From Candidatus Thorarchaeota archaeon (GTDB taxonomy: Archaea > Asgardarchaeota > Thorarchaeia > Thorarchaeales > Thorarchaeaceae), in contig JAOUFI010000006.1 in assembly GCA_029858305.1 (NCBI GenBank), positions 1 to 64,000 on the forward strand: DNA of 64,000 nt, given 5' to 3'. How positions within the stretch are numbered: position 1 is the stretch's first letter; each line of letters opens with the position of its first letter. Of the stretch, positions 57,377-64,000 are shown one piece after another. Made by a program: the position numbers and the translations under genes. The notes beneath the pieces are model-generated. The model saw nothing but the letters and a program-made list of their open reading frames with translations, searched no databases and was not told the origin of the DNA.

Positions 57377-57898
57377 CTACTTTCGGGCCTTTCGGGAAAC
57401 CTTTCGAAGCATTTGAGTGCCACAAATAGGACACTCGAGCCCTTCTGTAGACACTTGAGACTTGTGGTTACAAGCAGGGCAAATTAGAATCCAACGAATG
57501 TCATCCTTAAACTTGTGACTGGGGTCGAGAATATCTATCCTCAGATGTCGGGCAGTATTGAGAATAGCCATGTCCGTAGAAACCAATGTTGCACTTATCC
57601 CCGTCATTTTCTTTGCATGTGCTAGAGCAATCAATTCAATATCAGTTTCCGAAAGAACTGGTTTATCGCCAGTTTCAGCTGCGGCTTTCACGACAGCTCT
57701 GATCGAAGCAATCGGAGGTGTTTCTTTTTGGAGCTTGTCAAGGAGCTCAAGTATATCAACACGAAACTTCGTTGGTCTATTACGTATCTCATCCACGACA
57801 CCGGAGGTCGTTGTAAATACTCCGTTTGGTGCTTGCCTGGTCCAATCAGAAAATAACACACCTGAGTCTATCACATAGATATGTGACATTTCATTCAC
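57377..57898 (-). CDS. nob1: NOB1-family PIN endonuclease with zinc ribbon
   Basis: YVIDSG, VVDEIR, TGD...LSETD..LIALA, STD.AI.N.A; CPAC...CPICG. Confidence 0.88.
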   Translation of the reverse strand: MNEMSHIYVIDSGVLFSDWTRQAPNGVFTTTSGVVDEIRNRPTKFRVDILELLDKLQKETPPIASIRAVVKAAAETGDKPVLSETDIELIALAHAKKMTGISATLVSTDMAILNTARHLRIDILDPSHKFKDDIRWILICPACNHKSQVSTEGLECPICGTQMLRKVSRKARK

Positions 57899-58768
57899 CT
57901 ACAAGGTTCTTGGAACAAGTCGTGTATTAAGACGGTCGTAATAGTTATCGTAGAGTCGGATGAAGCGAGAGACCTTCTCAGACTTTTTCAACCATACTTT
58001 ATCGTGAGGTTCAACATCCCATCGAGTTTGACCATCGATAACAGCAAGACCTGGGGCTCCTGCTTTCACTAATTCGAGTTCGAAGATTGAATGATTGGGA
58101 ATTACGATTGATTTCAACTCAAACCTTGGAGGGCAGACTGGAACAAAAATAAGACCATTCACATTAGGAGCTAAAATGGAACCTCCAGCGGCTAGTGCAT
58201 AAGCTGTAGATCCACAGGGTGTTGCGAGCATGGCGCCATCTGCACGACCATAGTCTACGCGAACCCCATCAAGAAATACTTGGAATGTCAGAAGTCGGCC
58301 AGGAATCTTTGAAACGATGTATACCTCATTAAGAGCATCAGGAAAGACCCTCTCATCAACGCCAGAGCTGATGTTCACATTGGTTTCGATGATACAGTCG
58401 TTTGCAAGTATTCTCTCAAGAGCACTGAAAGCAGTGGTTGTTCCACTCTCAGTAAGAAACCCAACTGTCCCACGATTGACACAAAACAATGGAGTTTCAC
58501 TATTCTTTAATTTTGACAAAGTGTAGAGAATTGTACCATCTCCGCCAATGGTAATGACAAAATCGACATCCATTTCCTCAATGAGCGTAGGTTTTACCAT
58601 TGTATTAGAGAGATCAGAAGAGCCTGGGTCTACTTGAATCTCGATGTTTTTAGACACAAGAAGCTCAGCTATACGCTCAGCAATACGGACTATCTCCGTA
58701 CGACCAGGTTTGCATACCAATCCCACGGCTCGTTTTTCAGTAAGTATCTGAGGATTCTCTACAATCAC
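57899..58768 (-). CDS. nadK: NAD kinase
   Basis: GGDGTIL, N.GTVGFL, ALNE, ADG...ATPCGSTAY.LAAGG, DGQ. Confidence 0.95.
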   Translation of the reverse strand: MIVENPQILTEKRAVGLVCKPGRTEIVRIAERIAELLVSKNIEIQVDPGSSDLSNTMVKPTLIEEMDVDFVITIGGDGTILYTLSKLKNSETPLFCVNRGTVGFLTESGTTTAFSALERILANDCIIETNVNISSGVDERVFPDALNEVYIVSKIPGRLLTFQVFLDGVRVDYGRADGAMLATPCGSTAYALAAGGSILAPNVNGLIFVPVCPPRFELKSIVIPNHSIFELELVKAGAPGLAVIDGQTRWDVEPHDKVWLKKSEKVSRFIRLYDNYYDRLNTRLVPRTL

Positions 58769-58914
58769 GAAAGGTCACATCCACGATTGACTCGAGCGGT
58801 CGCCATTTTACTCTTGCTACCGCTTACTCATCACATGAGAACACGCCCCCAAATATATATAGACGAATCGAAAGATGTGTAGCATGGTCTGCGTGACACA
58901 GTTGGTGAATAAAA

Positions 58915-59316
58915 GTGAGTATTAAGAAAGCTGAAGCAAAAAGCTTGAAGCCCGGAGCGTACATGCTGATTGATGACGAGCCATGTAGAGTTGTATCTAT
59001 GGATAAATCTAAGCCTGGAAAACATGGTGCTGCAAAGGCGAACATTATTGCAGTTGGTTTCTTTGATAACAGAAAACGTAATGTCATCATGCCTGCAGAC
59101 CGTATGGTAGATGTTCCAGTAATCGATAAAAGAGCTGCCACAGTGATTGCGGACACTGGAGAAAACTTCAGTCTAATGGACAGTGAAACATTCGAGACCT
59201 ACGACATACCCAAACCCACAGATCCAGAAATTCTTTCACAAATCGAACTCAATACTGCTGTGGAAGTATGGGACTTGATGGGGAGACGTGTTATTACACG
59301 AGTCAAGACTGGGTAA
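58915..59316 (+). CDS. eif5a: Translation factor aIF5A
   Basis: SKPGKHGAAK hypusine loop. Confidence 0.96.
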   Translation: MSIKKAEAKSLKPGAYMLIDDEPCRVVSMDKSKPGKHGAAKANIIAVGFFDNRKRNVIMPADRMVDVPVIDKRAATVIADTGENFSLMDSETFETYDIPKPTDPEILSQIELNTAVEVWDLMGRRVITRVKTG

Positions 59317-59350
59317 ACCAGAAGTGGCTCAAATGAATTGACACGTTGAG

Positions 59351-59803
59351 ATGGTCCAAATGGGGTCGACGGATAGAACTGACGAAAAAGACAAACAGAT
59401 TATTGAGATTCTATCTAAGAACGCACGAATTTCACTGAGAGATATCAAGAAGCAGGTGAACCTTAGTCCTAGCTCTATTCGTAACAGAATGGAACGTCTC
59501 GTAGATATGGGCGTAATCAAAAGGTACACAGTTGAAATTGACTATACGAAAATGGGGCTTGATATTCAAGTCCTCGTTCTGATTACAACGAAACCGGGAA
59601 CATCAAAGAATATCTATAGCAGACTATCGAACTATATGCAGGTAACCGGAGTTATGAGGACAGCAGGTCCTGCAAATTTCATCCTTACGGTCCGTGTTAG
59701 GGACATTGCGGAGCTTACTCGTTTCATCACAGGAGAATTAGAGGGTCTTGATGGAGTGGAGCGAATTGAGACTATGTTTATTCTTCCTGATGAGAAGGAA
59801 TGA
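59351..59803 (+). CDS. Lrp/AsnC regulator
   Basis: DEKD.QII..L..NAR......V.LS......R..RL...GVI; C-terminal RAM domain. Confidence 0.93.
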   Translation: MVQMGSTDRTDEKDKQIIEILSKNARISLRDIKKQVNLSPSSIRNRMERLVDMGVIKRYTVEIDYTKMGLDIQVLVLITTKPGTSKNIYSRLSNYMQVTGVMRTAGPANFILTVRVRDIAELTRFITGELEGLDGVERIETMFILPDEKE

Positions 59804-59827
59804 TATTACCTCTTCACTGATACTTAC

Positions 59828-59845
59828 AAATTGTGCGGAGGGCGA
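59828..59845 (-). repeat. Copy of tRNA-Leu 3' end (att-like)
   Basis: AAATTGTGCGGAGGGCGA vs AAATGGTGCGGAGGGCGA at 61738-61755 (17/18; 13-bp exact core 59833-59845). Confidence 0.75.
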
Positions 59846-59932
59846 TAATAATGGAAAATTCACCCCAGATTGCTGCGCATCATCTGTAAAGATTTAATAC
59901 AATTTGCTGGTTGAATTATCTCGAGGGTATTC

Positions 59933-61054
59933 GTGGAAATTTTAAAGTTATTGAACAAAAAACTAATCGTAGTGAACATTGTCAAATTAGCTTTTGTCTT
60001 TCTTGTGCCAGTTCAATTCGATATTTCCACTGGAAGAGAAGGAATAAATTATGGAATATCCAGTCAGAGTTATGCCATTCTGGCATTGATAGGACCTTCG
60101 TCATACTCAATATTCCGATGGATAATAGTACGATACCCTATATCGTTGATTCTGGCTCTGATAGCATTAATCTTCACTATTAGGTTACATCAGCTCCAAG
60201 GAAAATCATATCCAATCAGATCTGCTTTTGTAGTAGGTCTTGTATTATCAATTATCCCGATCTATTATTTCATCCAATTCTTCTTGGTGAGTGACCTGTA
60301 CTGGCTTGATATCATGAGGACTGCACCAGTGTCAATTGGTTTTTGTAGTAGTCTATTTCTCATCTTTGTTGTTCTTCCTTCGATAAGCTGGTACTCTGAT
60401 TCAGTATCTGCAGATAGGTCTATCCCGAAGAAAAAAGATGATCAAGAGGATGGAGAAAAGAAAAGAACGATTCTTACTCCGAAGATGAGTAGTTACCTGA
60501 TGTTTCTTGCTGCATTTCTTCTTCCAGGAACGATGATATTAGAAAGTTCTATTTCAATCGATTATTCAAATCTGACTATTAGGCTCGGAGGATTTCTTCT
60601 GCAACTCAATTATGGTTTCTCTACAGAACTTTCTCGGCTGGGATTCGCGTATACTCTTCAAAATATTGATAATTGGAACCTGTTCGGAGTTGCTATTGTT
60701 TGCTGTGCTGCAAGCCTTGTCTTTGCGTGGACCATCATGAGGTATGTTCATGGTAAGGGTACTAAAAGAATTGCGATTTTGATTGGATTTCTTTCCGAAA
60801 TACCTCCAATTCTATACACAATAAGCGAACTTGCATATGTTTCGGTCTGGCCAATTCTTCCACTTCCTGTGGTTCTCGTCATCGGTTTACTAGTATTGCG
60901 ATTCGCCAAAGCAATTGAACCGAGTAGAAAAAGCACTGAACAAGATCAGTCTGAGATTAAGGTGCCTTTAGCATTTCGATTGAAATCCCGTTTCTTTGGA
61001 CATATGAAGATTTCAGACAAACAGCTAGTAGAGAAAACAGGTGAAAGTGACTAA
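59933..61054 (+). CDS. Hypothetical multi-pass membrane protein (~8 TM, two halves joined by a charged linker)
   Basis: Hydrophobic helices flanking KKKDDQEDGEKKR; lies between tRNA 3'-end copies. Confidence 0.72.
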   Translation: MEILKLLNKKLIVVNIVKLAFVFLVPVQFDISTGREGINYGISSQSYAILALIGPSSYSIFRWIIVRYPISLILALIALIFTIRLHQLQGKSYPIRSAFVVGLVLSIIPIYYFIQFFLVSDLYWLDIMRTAPVSIGFCSSLFLIFVVLPSISWYSDSVSADRSIPKKKDDQEDGEKKRTILTPKMSSYLMFLAAFLLPGTMILESSISIDYSNLTIRLGGFLLQLNYGFSTELSRLGFAYTLQNIDNWNLFGVAIVCCAASLVFAWTIMRYVHGKGTKRIAILIGFLSEIPPILYTISELAYVSVWPILPLPVVLVIGLLVLRFAKAIEPSRKSTEQDQSEIKVPLAFRLKSRFFGHMKISDKQLVEKTGESD

Positions 61055-61137
61055 GAAACTTGAATACTTCAAGGTAACTACGAGTGTGAATAATATCTAG
61101 AAAGTTAACAGCTAAAATTGAGATATGCCACTAATAT

Positions 61138-61159
61138 TGGTGCTGATGGCTAGATTTGA
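61138..61159 (-). repeat. Second, more degenerate copy of tRNA-Leu 3' end (att-like)
   Basis: TGGTGCTGATGGCTAGATTTGA vs spliced-tRNA complement TGGTGCGGAGGGCGAGATTTGA (19/22). Confidence 0.6.
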
Positions 61160-61231
61160 CATCAGTCTTCATGGATTTCTCCTTGAAAGGATTGCTGATA
61201 GCAAGCGAAAAATCAATACGCTCGCTCCCAT

Positions 61232-61660
61232 ATGATATTCCATGGTGGTGTCGTTGAAGATGTGTCCAGCAACAGAGGGTGGGTTGATAGACACAGGAAG
61301 TTAGTTGCGTTAATTATCATCGTACTCGTCGGATCTGGACTGATTAATCTCATACTGCCTCGAGTAGTTCCGTTCCTTCCACTCCCATCGGAAAATCCCT
61401 CATACTCATTCACTGCCTGGATTGCGCCCGAAGATCAGGAATTCATACTACATCTGGATTTCTATGGTTCTGAACAGGATGCTGAGAATAAAATCAATAG
61501 ATACTTCGGATATGGAATACGGGTTGAACCTATGGACAATGAACGGAACGATGGCTACTTTTACAATCTTCCTGAAAACCTATTGAGCGCGTGGGTGAAG
61601 ATATACTTTGATGAGGACACTGAAGAACCCCGCCTTATCATCGATATTAGAATAGGATAA
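61232..61660 (+). CDS. Hypothetical membrane-anchored protein
   Basis: N-terminal TM (KLVALIIIVLVGSGLINLIL) then a beta-rich domain. Confidence 0.65.
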   Translation: MIFHGGVVEDVSSNRGWVDRHRKLVALIIIVLVGSGLINLILPRVVPFLPLPSENPSYSFTAWIAPEDQEFILHLDFYGSEQDAENKINRYFGYGIRVEPMDNERNDGYFYNLPENLLSAWVKIYFDEDTEEPRLIIDIRIG

Positions 61661-61740
61661 CAGTGATATTACAAGAGTGGGAGATCAGTATTCTCATCGG
61701 GCCGTGGTCTGGCGACGAAGGTTAGATCTGAGAAAAGAAA

Positions 61741-61858
61741 TGGTGCGGAGGGCGAGATGTGTTCCGACTCGGGGGAATCCCGATTCGCTTGAACTCGCGA
61801 ACTCCTACAAGATAGGGATCTGAACCCTACGCCTTTGACCAGGCTTGGCAACCTCCGC
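61741..61858 (-). tRNA. tRNA-Leu(CAG), encoded CCA, 30-nt intron at position 58/59 (61759-61788)
   Basis: Acceptor GCGGAGG/CCTCCGC-A-CCA, D arm GCC..GGC, anticodon stem TAGGG-TTCAGAT-CCCTA, long variable arm, T stem GCGAG/CTCGC; BHB with central GTTC/GAAC and bulges AAG/ACA. Confidence 0.93.
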
Positions 61859-61935
61859 GCATTTCGAACTTTTCTGTAAGTACCTTTTAACCATATCGAG
61901 CTTGCTTAATCATTAGTCAGATGTTAGAAAATAAT

Positions 61936-62694
61936 CTATTCAAGCATGTGTGACCGATAGGAGATGATCTGCTCCTGCAAGTAATTCCAATCACCGACAG
62001 TGTCAGCAAGTTCTTTTCGTCTGATTGCGTCCTTGGTTGGTCCATCATAGATTATTCGTCCATCTTCAATCACTGCAACAGAGTCAGACCAGTTCTCAAT
62101 GAAGAATCTGTCATGTGTAGTGAAGAGGATACTGATTCCCTCTTGACGAAGTTTCTGGATTATATCAATCATCGTGTGGACCATCTTGAAGTCCAATCCT
62201 GAGAATGGCTCGTCCAAAACAAGAATACTTGGCCTCATCGCGATGATCCCCGCAAGAGCAACTCGCTTTGCCTGACCATGACTTAGCTGATTAACAGGTC
62301 GATTTGTAAACTTCGACATCCCAACTCGATCTAGCGCCCACTCTACTCGCTCAGAAACCTCTTCTTCAGAAAGACCGAGATTTCGCGGACCAAACGCAAC
62401 ATCCTCCCAGACAGTAGGCGCAAAAAGCTGATCATCTGGATTCTGAAATAGGAAACCAACTTTCTGTCTGACTTCCCAGAGATTATCGCGTGTCACCTTC
62501 CTATCAAAGACGAAGATATCACCAGAAATGGGCTCTAAGAGTCCAAGAATGAGTTTAAAGAGCGTAGTCTTACCAGACCCGTTCAACCCCACAATGGCTT
62601 TTTGCTCACCGACATGGAGGCTAAGTGAAACATCATCCATTTTGAATTCATCATATTTAAAGAACAAGTGACTTATCTCAATAGCACAGGTCAT
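61936..62694 (-). CDS. cbiO: ECF transporter ATPase (CbiO/NikO-like)
   Basis: GLNGSGKT, FQNPDDQLFAPTV.EDVAFGP, LSHGQAKR, LDEP, TTHD. Confidence 0.9.
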   Translation of the reverse strand: MTCAIEISHLFFKYDEFKMDDVSLSLHVGEQKAIVGLNGSGKTTLFKLILGLLEPISGDIFVFDRKVTRDNLWEVRQKVGFLFQNPDDQLFAPTVWEDVAFGPRNLGLSEEEVSERVEWALDRVGMSKFTNRPVNQLSHGQAKRVALAGIIAMRPSILVLDEPFSGLDFKMVHTMIDIIQKLRQEGISILFTTHDRFFIENWSDSVAVIEDGRIIYDGPTKDAIRRKELADTVGDWNYLQEQIISYRSHMLE

Positions 62695-63998
62695 GGAAAT
62701 ATCACCTCAAGTAGTATTGAAAACATAAAGGGTAAGCTCACAATCAGAAACACAACAAGAATTGGGAGAAAGACATCAGACTTCCTCAACCCAGCACCTG
62801 GAATTTTTGTTCCTTTGCTGAATCCCCGTAGGCTCATGGATTCATAGGCAGTTATACTTCTATCGAATGATCGATTGATGCTTGTTCCTACCAGATATCC
62901 AAGAGACCGAATTCTCTCAAACCTACGACCTCTGCTGAATCCTCGTAGCTTCTGAGCGTTGTGCATTCGAGAACGTTCTTCTATGAATAGGGGTACATAT
63001 CGGAACATAATCAAGAGGGAACCAACAATGGAATTTGGTACTCTCAATGTACGTAATGCTCCAGTGAACTCGCTTAATGTCATATGCGACAATGCAGTAA
63101 GAAGGGTTAGGAGTATAGCAAACATCCTTGATCCTAGAAGCAGACCTAGGTAAAGCCCCTCGGCATTGGCATTGAGAAATCCCCACGGAAGGTTAATTGT
63201 GAATATGACAGTTGAACCATAAATGAACGGTTCAAGGATAATCCAAAATAGAATAACCACTTCAAACTTCGTTGCGAGTGAGATAACATCACGCCACCTA
63301 GTTCCAGATAACCAGCCTGAGAGTATAATTAATCCAATGAGTATCAGAATGGAGGAGAGGGTGGTTTGAAGAGAGATCACAACTGCAACTGCAATGCTTG
63401 AAAGCAATAAACCGGTTGACGAGAACAATCTCCTTTTTTGTTTGCCTTCGTCAAAGGGTATGAGAAACTTATCAGTATGTTCATGGTCATGTCCATAATG
63501 AGTGCTCTTCCTGAAAATTAGGTACGCGAGCCCAAGTACAGCGATGATTCCAACGGAACCAGTGAACGCATTGACAAACTGGTTCTCGCCTAGAAATGAC
63601 CAGAGACCCTGAAATCCATTTTCGGGTTCTGGAATCCCGGCATACACGAATAAAGCCCACTCAAACCCATCAGGACTCTGCGATGCTAGACCAATGAGGA
63701 TTACAGACGTAATTACAATAATAGAGAATGCTAACACTGAAGCTACCTTTTTTATTGGATACCCAGGTTGGAGTTTATTGTCTTCTTGTTCTTCTACTTC
63801 CTCAGAATCGTCTTTCAGGAAGCTAATAAGGTGGGGATTAGCCTTCACGAAATATAGGAGTATGATAGATGTAAGAATGGCTTCTCCAAGGCCGATGATG
63901 ATATGAACACCAGTTATCGCAGCTAAGGCTTCTATACCAAACCCGGGTACTGTAAGAAGCTCTAGTCCAAGAACAAAGGCAGCAGAAGTTGTCACGAT
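62691..63998 (-). CDS. Fused Co/Ni ECF membrane subunits: CbiM C-terminus + PDGLE domain + CbiQ; 5'-truncated by window edge
   Basis: HIIIGLGEAILT (CbiM), ASQSPDGFE (PDGLE), RYVPLF.EE..RM..AQ.LRG and RS...YESM.LRG (CbiQ/EcfT). Confidence 0.85.
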   Translation of the reverse strand: MVTTSAAFVLGLELLTVPGFGIEALAAITGVHIIIGLGEAILTSIILLYFVKANPHLISFLKDDSEEVEEQEDNKLQPGYPIKKVASVLAFSIIVITSVILIGLASQSPDGFEWALFVYAGIPEPENGFQGLWSFLGENQFVNAFTGSVGIIAVLGLAYLIFRKSTHYGHDHEHTDKFLIPFDEGKQKRRLFSSTGLLLSSIAVAVVISLQTTLSSILILIGLIILSGWLSGTRWRDVISLATKFEVVILFWIILEPFIYGSTVIFTINLPWGFLNANAEGLYLGLLLGSRMFAILLTLLTALSHMTLSEFTGALRTLRVPNSIVGSLLIMFRYVPLFIEERSRMHNAQKLRGFSRGRRFERIRSLGYLVGTSINRSFDRSITAYESMSLRGFSKGTKIPGAGLRKSDVFLPILVVFLIVSLPFMFSILLEVIFP

Positions 63999-64000
63999 GA

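Noticed and set aside
1-64000. CRISPR array, rRNA, transposase, integrase or prophage genes
   Set aside because: No regularly spaced repeats, rRNA signatures or recombinase motifs seen by eye

Overview
64 kb of archaeal chromosome, almost certainly Asgard archaea and most consistent with Thorarchaeia (inference from gene content: eS26, eL13, class I LysRS, class I CCA enzyme, aIF5A, TrmY, NOB1, plus many eukaryote-signature-like proteins: three small GTPases, roadblock/longin proteins, three Bet3/V4R-like proteins, SNAP-like TPR proteins and a PCI-like protein). About 70 CDS are supported. Signals missed by the ORF track: (1) selD is a selenoprotein gene with an in-frame UGA (HG-U-SCK), a stem-loop directly after that UGA, and a eukaryote-type SECIS-like kink-turn whose UGA core is the gene's own stop codon; (2) tRNA-Leu(CAG) has a non-canonical 30-nt BHB intron in the T-loop (58/59), and two degenerate copies of its 3' end each delimit a single orphan membrane-protein gene, like a tandem array of one-gene islets; (3) a ~240-nt structured intergenic element at 13.77-14.01 kb is bounded by 11-bp direct repeats with an A-run; (4) a duplicated roadblock/longin-wHTH + Bet3/V4R cluster resembles a proto-TRAPP module; (5) a GTPase (G3 Gln->Leu)-TPR-surface C25-like protease-roadblock gene run. 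All family calls come from motif recognition by eye; no searches or folding programs were run.
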